A stretch of 64,000 bases of DNA from Oscillospiraceae bacterium (GCA_045631325.1 JAZQUO010000060.1:10274-74273); one strand, 5' to 3'; shown: positions 8,487 to 17,878, numbered from the stretch's first letter. The notes: a model not told the origin generated them from the letters alone. Made by a program: numbers and translations.

Positions 8487-9410
8487 ATGAAAAACGAGAA
8501 AGAAAAGATCGCGGCACCTATTGCACAGGAAGGCGAAGGAGAAATTGTCGTCGAAGAAGAAAGCAAAGGCAAAAAAATTCTGAACACAGTCGTTAACGTT
8601 GTTCTTGTAATTGCCATTGCGCTTGCGGCAGTTTGCACCTATGCATCCTATGTTTCAACTTCCGGCAACGGCGTTCCGAACATTTTCGGTATCCGAATCT
8701 TCTCGATTCAGACCGAATCTATGTACCCGACCCTTTTGCCCGGCGACCTTATTTTCGACACCGGCGTTAAAGACCCCGGCGAACTTCGCAGAGATGATAT
8801 CATCACCTATTGGACCGTAATCAACGGCGAGCGTGTTCTCAACACCCATAGAGTTTACGAAATCTATGACGGCGGCGGCTATCTTATCTTCTCCACCAAA
8901 GGTGATAACAACACTTCTGCCGACCCTCTTACGGTTCATGAATCCGAAGTTGTGGGTAAATATTCCTTCCGTGTTCCCGGAGTCGGCAAAGTTTTTGACT
9001 ATCTCCAGACAAGCACCGGCTTCCTTATTGTAATTGTAATTCCGGTTTTCCTTTTCTTCCTTTTCCATCTTGTTCAGTTCTTCAGAGTTCTCTTTGAATA
9101 TCAGAACGTCAAGAACAGAATCAAATTCGAACAGGAACGCGGAAGAACCGAAGACCTTATCGATGCGGAACAGAAACGACAGAGCGAAGAACAGGCCGCC
9201 GCAAGGGCGAAAATTGAAGCTGAACTTCGCGAAAGACTGAAAGCGGAAATTATGGCTTCCATGGCGGCGCAGGCTGCTGCGGCCGCGGCACCGGCGGAAG
9301 AACCCTCTCCTGAAGCTGTTCAGGAAGAGGTTGTTGCCGAAGAAGTTCCGGAAGAACCCGCAGAAGAAACCGCAGAAGAAGAAAAAGCGGAGGAAACAGC
9401 CGAAGTCTGA
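8487..9410 (+). CDS. SipW-type (archaeal/ER-type) signal peptidase I with long C-terminal tail
   Basis: Catalytic-type blocks are IQTESMYPTLLPGDLI, NTHRVYEI and STKGDNN. There is an N-terminal TM, a second TM (FLIVIVIPVFLFFLFHLVQFF), then a tail of about 110 aa that is coiled-coil and A/E/P-rich. Confidence 0.8.
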   Translation: MKNEKEKIAAPIAQEGEGEIVVEEESKGKKILNTVVNVVLVIAIALAAVCTYASYVSTSGNGVPNIFGIRIFSIQTESMYPTLLPGDLIFDTGVKDPGELRRDDIITYWTVINGERVLNTHRVYEIYDGGGYLIFSTKGDNNTSADPLTVHESEVVGKYSFRVPGVGKVFDYLQTSTGFLIVIVIPVFLFFLFHLVQFFRVLFEYQNVKNRIKFEQERGRTEDLIDAEQKRQSEEQAAARAKIEAELRERLKAEIMASMAAQAAAAAAPAEEPSPEAVQEEVVAEEVPEEPAEETAEEEKAEETAEV

Positions 9411-9438
9411 TTTTCCTCCGGGAAAATAGGTGTAAAGC

Positions 9439-11007
9439 ATGAACAATTTCTTTAACTATTTCAAAGAGGATATCGGGCAGGTTTTTGATGCCTTTGTTGA
9501 AATATTGAGCGCAATTTTCAACTTCATCAACTATCTGTTCAACTTCCCGATGAGAATGAACATAATCAAGGAGCACAGCGCCGATTTCAGCACCACCGAC
9601 TGGGTGATGCTGCTTATTGCAAACATAATGATAATCGCCCTTTGCTGTCTTATTATCTATTTCATCGGAAAACTTATCCGCAACATTTTCTTCGGCGGAA
9701 TTTCGAAGAAAGAATATGAAAGAATGGCCGGCCAGGTCCGCACCCTTCAAAGGGATCTTATGCGTTCAAACTATGAAAAGGATAAGATCCTTGCAATGAC
9801 CATGGGTAACCCGGAAATTCCTCCGGAAGAGGAAGAAAAAACCGAAGAAAACGGGGAAGAAGGGGAAGAATTTGCTGTTTCTTCCAACAGAAACACCTTC
9901 GATTCTCCTTGCGTCGATCCTTCGGACAGCCGTTTCTTCCGTCTTACCAGCGTTGATAACTATTACAAAACCGAATATATAAAACCTGAATACGACAACG
10001 AGATCACTCTTGAGGAAATTTGCGAAAGATTCAGAAAATTCGCCGCTTCCCAGCTTAAACTTTATTACGATCTCGACATGATGAGATACTTCCTTGCTTC
10101 GATGGGAACTTCGAGAATCATAATTCTCCAGGGTATTTCCGGTACCGGTAAAACCTCGCTCCCTTATGCGTTCGGTAAATTTGTTCAGAAAGATACAACC
10201 GTTGTTTCCGTCCAGCCTTCCTGGCGTGAACGTACCGAGCTTTACGGTTATTTCAACGAATTTACAAAACGCTATGCCGAAACGGAATTCCTTCAGGCAA
10301 TTTATGAATGCAACTATTACCGCGACCCGCATATTGTAATCCTTGACGAGATGAACATCGCCCGTGTTGAGTATTATTTTGCGGAAATGCTTTCAATTCT
10401 CGAAATGCCCCTTCAGGAAGAATGGAAAGTTGACGTTGTAACAGCTGTATGGGACAACGACCCCTGCCTTATCGAAGGCGGTAAGATCCAGATCACCAAC
10501 AACGTCTGGATCGTCGGCACCATCAACAACGACGACTCGACTTTCGCCGTCGCGGATAAAGTTTACGACCGTGCAATCCCGATAGACCTTGACAGCAGGG
10601 CTGATCCCTTTGAATGTGAGATAACCGATCCGGTTTATATTTCCACCGACCACCTCAACGAACTTTTCGACGAAGCGAAGGCTGCGCATCCTGTTTCCCA
10701 GGAAATTATGGATAAGCTTGAACTTGTTAATACATATCTTATAAAGAACTTCCGTCTTGCATTCGGTAACCGAATCATGAAACAGATAGGCGACTTTGTT
10801 CCCTGCTTCATCGGCTGCGGCGGTACGGAAATTCAGGCAATCGACTTTATTGTTGCAAAAAAAGTTCTCCGTAAGTTTGAATCCCTCAGCCTTGGTTTCA
10901 TGAAGGATGAACTTACAAAGTTCAGCGCATACCTTGACAAGGTTTTCGGCAAAAACCAGATGAAAATCTGCAAGGAATATATTGAACAGCTTAAAAAGAA
11001 CAACTGA
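9439..11007 (+). CDS. membrane-anchored McrB-family AAA+ NTPase
   Basis: TM is WVMLLIANIMIIALCCLIIYFIG. Walker A is GISGTGKTS. VSVQPSWRERTELYGYF resembles McrB VQFHPSYSYEDF. Walker B block is IVILDEMNIARVEYYFAEMLSILE. WIVGTINNDDSTFAVADKVYDRA resembles McrB IGTMNTADRS. Confidence 0.72.
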   Translation: MNNFFNYFKEDIGQVFDAFVEILSAIFNFINYLFNFPMRMNIIKEHSADFSTTDWVMLLIANIMIIALCCLIIYFIGKLIRNIFFGGISKKEYERMAGQVRTLQRDLMRSNYEKDKILAMTMGNPEIPPEEEEKTEENGEEGEEFAVSSNRNTFDSPCVDPSDSRFFRLTSVDNYYKTEYIKPEYDNEITLEEICERFRKFAASQLKLYYDLDMMRYFLASMGTSRIIILQGISGTGKTSLPYAFGKFVQKDTTVVSVQPSWRERTELYGYFNEFTKRYAETEFLQAIYECNYYRDPHIVILDEMNIARVEYYFAEMLSILEMPLQEEWKVDVVTAVWDNDPCLIEGGKIQITNNVWIVGTINNDDSTFAVADKVYDRAIPIDLDSRADPFECEITDPVYISTDHLNELFDEAKAAHPVSQEIMDKLELVNTYLIKNFRLAFGNRIMKQIGDFVPCFIGCGGTEIQAIDFIVAKKVLRKFESLSLGFMKDELTKFSAYLDKVFGKNQMKICKEYIEQLKKNN

Positions 11008-11034
11008 TAATATTCTTTATGAAAGGAGCCGCTT

Positions 11035-12987
11035 ATGGCTGCATCCACGAAAAAGAATTCCGGAAAAACCGGAGCAAAAAAGAAGGATTCAATTATTGAT
11101 CCTCTTTACGAAAAATACACTAAAAGTGTCATAAGAGCTCTTGGAAGCACGGAATTTTACGAATTTTTCATGGACTCGGTTTCAAGAGCGGAAAATCAGT
11201 TCCAGTTTTCCAACAGGAGAATGGAAAAAACCGTTGACCTTAACTGGGTCGATGCAATTGAGGACACTTTGCCGGCAATTCAGAACATTATTTCAAGCCC
11301 CAGAAACATAATCCGTGAAGACGAGCTTATTGTCAACGTTGCAAATGCGAAAAAGGCAGGTTCGGACGTTGTACGCCACCTTGCCCAGCACGCAAGCCTT
11401 GTTGAAAAATACGATTTTGAAACCGGCGAGGTCCGCCCGAGCAAACTTATGCAGAAATACCGCGAGGATACGATCGGTCTTTATGAAAACCGCCTTGTTT
11501 TCACCGCCCTTGAAACTGCCTTTGAGTTTGTAAAAATCCGTCACGATGCTCTCTTTTCTGCGATGAGCGACGAGTTCGGCGCAAAACTCAAAGTTGATTC
11601 CACAATGGAAACTTCGACGGAGATGGTGCATCTTGATATGTTCATGCATATCAGGGAAATTGACGGCGCCATTGAAACCGACGACAAGAACGCCGACGTT
11701 TTCGGAAGAATTTCCAAGATGTACAGGGTTCTTAGTATTCTTATGAACAGCCAGTTTGCCCAGCAGATGGAAAGACTTCCGAGGGTAAAGGGTACTCTTA
11801 CAAAGACAAACGTTCTTAAAAAGAACCCTTATTACAGAAAAGTTATGGCGCTTCTTGAATATCTCCGAAGCTATGACGATATCGGTTACACGATCCGCGT
11901 TGTTGAACAGAACCCTGAGATAAACGAAACCATGGAAAGGGATATTTATCACAATATTCTTTTCAACTATCTTATCCTTAAAGGATATCTTGAGGACGAG
12001 AGGGAACGCAGAATCCCCGCGCCCACAAAAGAAAGAAAACGCACTCTTAAACCGAAATTCATCAAAGAAATTATTGAGGAATTTACGGAAGATTACGACC
12101 TTCCGGATATTGAGATCCGCAAGGTCCTTATAGAAGAACTCACCAAAGAACAGCTTATGCTTGAAGAGGAAGCGGAACGCAGAAGACTTGTTGAAGAACA
12201 GGAACAGCGTAAACGCGAAGAAGAGGAAAGACTTCGTCTTGAAGCGGAAGCGGAAAGCGAAAGAATCCGCAAGGAAGAAGAGGCCGAAAAACAGCGTCTT
12301 TGGATCGAGCAGATGGAAAGAGAAGCGGAGGACAGACGCAGAAGCAAGATTTTCCAGGAGGAACTTACTTTCTTCATAGAAAAACTTCCGGAGCGGCTTG
12401 AGGCAAGGGAAGAAGCCATTGCCCGCCGTCTTGAGGAAATGAAGGCATTTGAGGAAGCGCAGAGAAAGATCGAAGAAGAAAAACAGCGCAAACTCGAGGC
12501 CGAAGAAAAACTCCGCAGAGAAAAAGAGGAAGAGGAACAGCGCAGCCAGAAGATTCTTGTTGAAAAACAGGCGGAGGAAGAGCGCAGAACCGAAATCTTT
12601 AAAAATGAATTCGATAAATTTGCCGCAAACCTTGAAAACCGCAAAGAGGCAAGGGAAACCGCCGAAGCGAAAAGAATCAGGGATAAAGAAGAATTCCTTG
12701 AAGCGGCAAGAATCCTTGAAGAAGCGGAACAGGTTAAAATCGACGCTGAAATCAAGGAAAGAGAGGAAAGAGAAAAACTTCGCCTTGAAAAAGAGCAGAA
12801 GCGCGAGCAGGACGAAAAAGACACCGAACTTACAAAACCTTACCTCGAAGAAGTTGTTGTTTTCATGGATTCCCTTCCGAAGCGAATTGCTTTGCGCGAA
12901 GCGGAAAACAGAAAGTATCTTGCGGAAAAAGAACGGCTTGAAATTGAACGCCAGCGCCGCCTTGCCGCAAGGGCAGCAAGAAGATGA
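11035..12987 (+). CDS. McrC/DUF2357-like N-terminal domain fused to long E/R/K coiled coil with three 82-aa repeats; no recognisable nuclease motif
   Basis: LYENRLVFTALE resembles the ENR block of McrC-type partners. The last ~270 aa are E/R/K-rich, and repeat units start exactly 246 nt apart at 12349, 12595 and 12841. GGAG RBS; 28 nt after the AAA+ gene. Confidence 0.45.
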   Translation: MAASTKKNSGKTGAKKKDSIIDPLYEKYTKSVIRALGSTEFYEFFMDSVSRAENQFQFSNRRMEKTVDLNWVDAIEDTLPAIQNIISSPRNIIREDELIVNVANAKKAGSDVVRHLAQHASLVEKYDFETGEVRPSKLMQKYREDTIGLYENRLVFTALETAFEFVKIRHDALFSAMSDEFGAKLKVDSTMETSTEMVHLDMFMHIREIDGAIETDDKNADVFGRISKMYRVLSILMNSQFAQQMERLPRVKGTLTKTNVLKKNPYYRKVMALLEYLRSYDDIGYTIRVVEQNPEINETMERDIYHNILFNYLILKGYLEDERERRIPAPTKERKRTLKPKFIKEIIEEFTEDYDLPDIEIRKVLIEELTKEQLMLEEEAERRRLVEEQEQRKREEEERLRLEAEAESERIRKEEEAEKQRLWIEQMEREAEDRRRSKIFQEELTFFIEKLPERLEAREEAIARRLEEMKAFEEAQRKIEEEKQRKLEAEEKLRREKEEEEQRSQKILVEKQAEEERRTEIFKNEFDKFAANLENRKEARETAEAKRIRDKEEFLEAARILEEAEQVKIDAEIKEREEREKLRLEKEQKREQDEKDTELTKPYLEEVVVFMDSLPKRIALREAENRKYLAEKERLEIERQRRLAARAARR

Positions 12988-13054
12988 GTTTTTGAGCATA
13001 TTGCCAAAAACCGCATGAGCATCAGATAAAACCGTTACGGAAGGGGGAATTGCC

Positions 13055-14371
13055 TTGAATAAAATTCATATTAAACTCATCGCAATGGCCCTTGCGCTCA
13101 CCCTTTCCGTTTCCGTGCTCATAATGTCTTCCTACGCATGGATGGTCCTTTCATCAAACCCCGCCGCAACGGGAATTCAGGTTATAATCGGCGGCGGCAA
13201 CACGATTCTTATTGCGCCGAATATGGAACACGAATATAACGGAAAAACATATAACCTTCCCGGGAATTTTTCCGACAAGATGAATTTCAGCGGATACGGA
13301 ATGGAAGAATCCTACGGATATCTTTCCGAAGTTGCGGGACTTACCCCGGTTTCAACTTCCAACGGAAGGGAATGGTTTGTTTCCGGTAACAAAGTTGATA
13401 TGTTTTATGAAAACGCCAATCTTCCGAAATACGTTGAAGACGAAAACGGCGGACAGATTCCGAACAAAAAAGTCGGCGAAGGAAACTATATTTATCTTGA
13501 TTTCTGGGTCGTTTCCCCAAGCGGAAATTACGATTTAAGAATTTCCACCGGCGATGGAACTTCCGACGGCGGAAGCTTTGTAATAGACCTTCCGGAACCG
13601 AAAATTGAAACCGAAGGAGAGATTACGACAGGAACTCTTCATCAGGAAGACGGAAAAAGCGCCGCAGCTTCCGTAAGAATCGGCTTTCTTGCAAATCCTA
13701 TTTTGCTTGAAGAAGAAATGCAGGCTTATGTAAACAGCGTTTACAATGATGACCGTTTTAAATCTCTTCGGGGATTTTACAGGGAACCAGACAGCGGAAG
13801 TTTTGAAATTGATTCCGAAAAGTTCACCATTTATGAGCCTAACGGGGATTTCCACCCCCTTGACGAAGAACTTGACGGAAGCTATGTTCAGACAAAACCT
13901 TTGATGCTTGAAAACGGTGCAATCAAAGAAAACACGGATATCTGGGACCATCTTACGGTTCAGCTTAAAAGCGATTGGGAAGAAAGCGGACTTATCGGAC
14001 AGAAATTCAATGCCGCGGTTATTCAATATGGCAAAGATTGGACGGACAAAACTCCGGCGGAACTTTCTGCGCTTTTTTACGGAAGATATCTTGGCGGGCA
14101 GTTTTCGACTTACGTTAAAAAAGGCGATTTTATAACAAAAACATCGACACTTGAAGCTGCCGTAAATGCGGCAAACGGTGCCGCGGATATTTCCGGATTG
14201 GGACAATCCGGCGCAACGGAAGACGTTGTTATTATTGAATTGGAACAGAACGTTCCCCAAAGAATCCGTATGTTCATCTGGCTTGAAGGACAGGATATAG
14301 ACTGCCCCGCAAGCGCAAATTCCGCAAGATTTGCGGTGAACATCGAACTTGCCGGCGGAACAAAAGAATAG
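13055..14371 (+). CDS. TasA/camelysin-like secreted protein with SipW-type signal peptide
   Basis: N-terminus is KLIAMALALTLSVSVLIMSSYAWMVLSSNPAATGIQV. C-terminus is RMFIWLEGQDIDCPASANSARFAVNIELAG. TTG start with a GGGGGA RBS. Confidence 0.65.
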   Translation: MNKIHIKLIAMALALTLSVSVLIMSSYAWMVLSSNPAATGIQVIIGGGNTILIAPNMEHEYNGKTYNLPGNFSDKMNFSGYGMEESYGYLSEVAGLTPVSTSNGREWFVSGNKVDMFYENANLPKYVEDENGGQIPNKKVGEGNYIYLDFWVVSPSGNYDLRISTGDGTSDGGSFVIDLPEPKIETEGEITTGTLHQEDGKSAAASVRIGFLANPILLEEEMQAYVNSVYNDDRFKSLRGFYREPDSGSFEIDSEKFTIYEPNGDFHPLDEELDGSYVQTKPLMLENGAIKENTDIWDHLTVQLKSDWEESGLIGQKFNAAVIQYGKDWTDKTPAELSALFYGRYLGGQFSTYVKKGDFITKTSTLEAAVNAANGAADISGLGQSGATEDVVIIELEQNVPQRIRMFIWLEGQDIDCPASANSARFAVNIELAGGTKE

Positions 14372-14376
14372 ATATT

Positions 14377-15135
14377 ATGAATGAAAATAAGTTTGAAAAA
14401 GGCGATTACCGTCTTCACCATTGGATAAGCACCCTTGTTACGGTGCTTCTTGTGGTGGCTGTGGTGTTTTGTCTTTATGCAGTTATACAGGTTTTAAGCA
14501 ACGGATATGTAAACATAGGCGGGTTCATGATGTTCCGGATTGTTACCGGAAGTATGGAACCGACAATGCCGATAGGAACCTTGCTTATTACAAGAGAAGT
14601 TGATATTGAAACCGTTATGGTTGACGATATAATTTGTTTCAGGACACAGGTCCAGGAAATCTGGGGGAAAATTGTTACTCACAGAGTTGTTGAAATAATG
14701 GAAACGGCGGGCGGAGTTCTTTTGGAAACAAAGGGCGACGCAAACCTTGCTTCGGACGTTTTTTACGTTGACAGCAGCAATTTTGTGGGAAAAGTTGTCT
14801 GGCATTCGGGAGATGACAATATTTTGGCTGACTTATTATCATTGTTCACAAGCAAAATCGGATTTTTGGGCTGTATTGCCCTTCCGAGCATTCTTCTTGC
14901 CGCTTTTATACTTAAAAGCAGCGTCGGAAGCATTCAGCAGGAGCTGAACGCCATTCTTGAAATGGAAAAACTCAAAAACGAAACGGTTTCGGAAGAAACA
15001 GAACCGGTTGTTTCCGAAGAAGAATACAACGAGATGTACGAACGAATTAAAGCAGAACTTATTGAGGAGCTGACGCATGTTGAAGAAGTTCAATTGGGAT
15101 CCGGAGAAGATTCCGAAGATTCTGAAACTGAATAA
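14377..15135 (+). CDS. second SipW-type signal peptidase I
   Basis: Blocks are FRIVTGSMEPTMPIGTLLI, VTHRVVEI and ETKGDANLASD. It has N- and C-terminal TM helices and an acidic tail. Confidence 0.8.
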   Translation: MNENKFEKGDYRLHHWISTLVTVLLVVAVVFCLYAVIQVLSNGYVNIGGFMMFRIVTGSMEPTMPIGTLLITREVDIETVMVDDIICFRTQVQEIWGKIVTHRVVEIMETAGGVLLETKGDANLASDVFYVDSSNFVGKVVWHSGDDNILADLLSLFTSKIGFLGCIALPSILLAAFILKSSVGSIQQELNAILEMEKLKNETVSEETEPVVSEEEYNEMYERIKAELIEELTHVEEVQLGSGEDSEDSETE

Positions 15136-17194
15136 TAATTCTGCGGAAAGTTCCGTTTCGCCGGAACTTATTAAGGCGCAGAAAAATATCCTGATGAAGG
15201 CTGCCCTTGCTTTTCTTACAATTGTTCTTACCATTGTAATTCTTTTTGCGATGACTTCGGCATGGTACACGAACATTGTTCACACAAGCGGACTTGTTTT
15301 TGAGGTTGAATCCTGGGGATTTGACGGAGAAATCACGGTGGAACAGGGACCGATTCTTGCAGGCCCCGGTGACAGCGGAATTATCGGACTTTCGATGGAC
15401 GGAACAGCAGGAGAAATTCTTGACGTAAGTATCGGCGTTTCTAAAGAAGCTATGCTGAATTCCATTGGAATAAGCGGACAGGAATCGACGGCGGACACAG
15501 ATGCCATGAAGAAAAGATTTTTCTTCTATGTTGACAAACCGGGAATCAAAAACGGCGAGCAGGTTGACAGATTCTATATAAATAACACAGAAGATTATAC
15601 TTATACCGTTTTCAGCGAAGGTTCCATCAGAATTTCTGAAGATTTTTCGAACGTTCCGGAACTTAAATGGCAATGGGTTTATGACGTTCTCGGATATTAC
15701 GTAAGAGCGAATGATGACGGAAACGGAACATTTATTGTGCAGGAATATCTTCGTCCGATTGAATATGATTTTGACAGTGTGACTTTCACCGAAGTTGCGA
15801 CAGTTGTTGAAGCGGACGGAGAGGAAATAACAATTCCTAAAAAAGTTATTGAAACCATTGATGGAGTTCCGACGGAAGTTTTTCTTGAGGAATTTTCCAA
15901 AAACGACGGTTATGCCGGTGAAATAATTGTTATTCCCGAAGCAGGAGAAACTGCGACTGACACTGTTGAGACTGCCGACGGAACATATTACAAAGTTGCG
16001 GAAGGAATTTACGCATATCTTTGCGATTATCAGGAAATTGAGGACGCAACTGTGTTTGATACCGTTCTCGGGAAAATGGCGGGAAATAAAAGTGAAATGA
16101 CGCAGGATGAACTCGAAGCATTGCGGTTTCCGGCGACAGTAAATGTTTCTGTTCAGAACAGAACAGAAGCGGAAAGCGTTGAGGTGACAACGCTTAATAC
16201 TGATATTATTTCCGGAAACAGCGGAAAAGTTATTAAACTTGCAAACGACGTTGCTTTAACGGAATCTCTCGTAATTCCGGAAAACGCGAATGTTGAAATA
16301 GATCTTAACGGAAAATCAATCAGTTTTTCCGGAATTGAAGCCAAGGGAAATGCGATTGAAGTTCCGGAGGGAAGTTCTCTTCTTATGCTCAACGGCAAGG
16401 TTGAGAATGAATATTCCGCAAAAAAAACGGGAAGAGGAATTCTTGCTTCCGGTGCGGAAGTCACACTCAGCGGAGTTGAAATCAACGGTTTTGATTACGG
16501 ACTTCGTGTAACCGATAATGCCGCAGGAAATAAAACGGATTCTGTGATTCGTCTTTATAACTGCAAAACAGACGCCGGAACCTGCGGAGTTTACATCCTT
16601 GGAAATGGAGAAGCTTCGGAACAGAAAACCCAGCTTATTATTGAAAAATCCGAACTTAAAGCAGAGGGATTTGTAATCTGCGGAGGCGGAAACCCGGACA
16701 GCAGGGGAACCGATATCCGGATTATAGGAAGCACTCTTGAATCTATCGGAGAGTATAGCGTTGGTATTTATCAGCCGCAGAAAGACGGCGAAACCGTTAT
16801 TTATAACAGTACGATTACAGCCCGCACGGGAATTGCCCTTAAAGCAGGTGTTGTCGAAATTATCGATTCGCATATTTACGGAAAAGGTCCTTATGGAGAC
16901 CCCGGATATGCGGTAAGCGGTTCGAAAGATACGGGCGACGCGGTTTATATTGAAGCAAACTACGGACATCCAATCAGCCTTATCATAAAAGGGGAATCCG
17001 AACTTAAAGCAAGTGATCCCAGGAGCATGGCTCTTCGTGTTTATGAAGAAGATGCACCGAACGTAACAGTTGAAATCATAAGCGGAATTTTCAGTTCGGA
17101 AGTTTTGGAAAACTGGGTTGCGGACGGTTCCGTTTTGAGCAGCGACAAAAAAACTGTAAGCGTTTCTGCATCCGCGCAGGAAGAAACCGAATAA
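15077..17194 (+). CDS. SipW-type signal peptide protein with C-terminal right-handed beta-helix-like repeats (candidate adhesin or enzyme subunit)
   Basis: N-terminus is AALAFLTIVLTIVILFAMTSAWYTNIVHTSGLVFEV. The C-terminal ~330 aa has beta-helix-type repeats (NGKSISFSG.., GILASGAEVTLSGVEINGFDYGLRV.., IRIIGSTLES.., IYNSTITARTGIAL..). GAGGAG RBS. It overlaps the upstream gene by 59 nt. Confidence 0.6.
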   Translation: MLKKFNWDPEKIPKILKLNNNSAESSVSPELIKAQKNILMKAALAFLTIVLTIVILFAMTSAWYTNIVHTSGLVFEVESWGFDGEITVEQGPILAGPGDSGIIGLSMDGTAGEILDVSIGVSKEAMLNSIGISGQESTADTDAMKKRFFFYVDKPGIKNGEQVDRFYINNTEDYTYTVFSEGSIRISEDFSNVPELKWQWVYDVLGYYVRANDDGNGTFIVQEYLRPIEYDFDSVTFTEVATVVEADGEEITIPKKVIETIDGVPTEVFLEEFSKNDGYAGEIIVIPEAGETATDTVETADGTYYKVAEGIYAYLCDYQEIEDATVFDTVLGKMAGNKSEMTQDELEALRFPATVNVSVQNRTEAESVEVTTLNTDIISGNSGKVIKLANDVALTESLVIPENANVEIDLNGKSISFSGIEAKGNAIEVPEGSSLLMLNGKVENEYSAKKTGRGILASGAEVTLSGVEINGFDYGLRVTDNAAGNKTDSVIRLYNCKTDAGTCGVYILGNGEASEQKTQLIIEKSELKAEGFVICGGGNPDSRGTDIRIIGSTLESIGEYSVGIYQPQKDGETVIYNSTITARTGIALKAGVVEIIDSHIYGKGPYGDPGYAVSGSKDTGDAVYIEANYGHPISLIIKGESELKASDPRSMALRVYEEDAPNVTVEIISGIFSSEVLENWVADGSVLSSDKKTVSVSASAQEETE

Positions 17195-17230
17195 ATATTT
17201 TTAAATTTTTTGAAAGGGGGAGCGCCGGTT

Positions 17231-17842
17231 TTGGAACAGAAAAAAAACAGAAGTTTCGTCTGGCATTTTGCCGCTTTGGCGCTTCTTCTTTGCATTGCGT
17301 TTTTTGTGATTTCCGTATCTCCCGCTTTTGCGAGATACCGCGAGGGATTTGAAAATAAAATTATATTTGAAGTCCGGGAACCGGAACATATTTGCTTCGG
17401 AAGTTTTAATGAAGAGAAATTTGTTCCATTTACGGACAGCGGGGATATCAAATGGAAAATTTCTGGGGATATGGCGACGATTACCCTTACTGTTGCAAAC
17501 GGAACTTCCGGAACGGATTTTTTTTCGAAAGACCAGAAAATAAATATCCAGCTTGCGGCAGGACCGGAATTTAAGGATAAGAATGTTACATTGAGTTTTC
17601 CGGAAGGAAGTTCTCAAAAAAATATTTTGGGTACAGCATCGGAAATTAAGGACGATTCAACTTTTGATAAATCTTACGGAACGGGAGTTCTGTTCAGCTT
17701 TACGGAAAACGAAGAGGAATTTTCTTATATTTTAAAGGGCGGAAAATTTTCTTATTTTACGTTCATGATATCTTTTGATACAAGCGGATTAAATGAAACA
17801 AGCCTTCTTCAGCCGCATGTTGTGGCGGAAGTTATTCAATAA
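17231..17842 (+). CDS. small secreted or anchored protein of the fibre locus (ARY-motif class)
   Basis: N-terminus is FAALALLLCIAFFVISVSPAFARYREGFENKIIFEVREPE. GGGGGAG RBS. The start is TTG 17231 or TTG 17210. Confidence 0.5.
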   Translation: MEQKKNRSFVWHFAALALLLCIAFFVISVSPAFARYREGFENKIIFEVREPEHICFGSFNEEKFVPFTDSGDIKWKISGDMATITLTVANGTSGTDFFSKDQKINIQLAAGPEFKDKNVTLSFPEGSSQKNILGTASEIKDDSTFDKSYGTGVLFSFTENEEEFSYILKGGKFSYFTFMISFDTSGLNETSLLQPHVVAEVIQ

Positions 17843-17878
17843 AACTGATTAAAAAAACGGAAAGGAGAGTGCGTTTTT

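Noticed and set aside
12093-13018. Ser-rich 243-aa minus-strand ORF and K/R-rich 189-aa plus-strand ORF overlapping the coiled-coil gene
   Set aside because: These are alternative-frame readings of the GAA/AAG/AGA-rich repeat DNA. The E/R/K coiled-coil frame is continuous with the N-terminal domain and has an RBS; the others do not.
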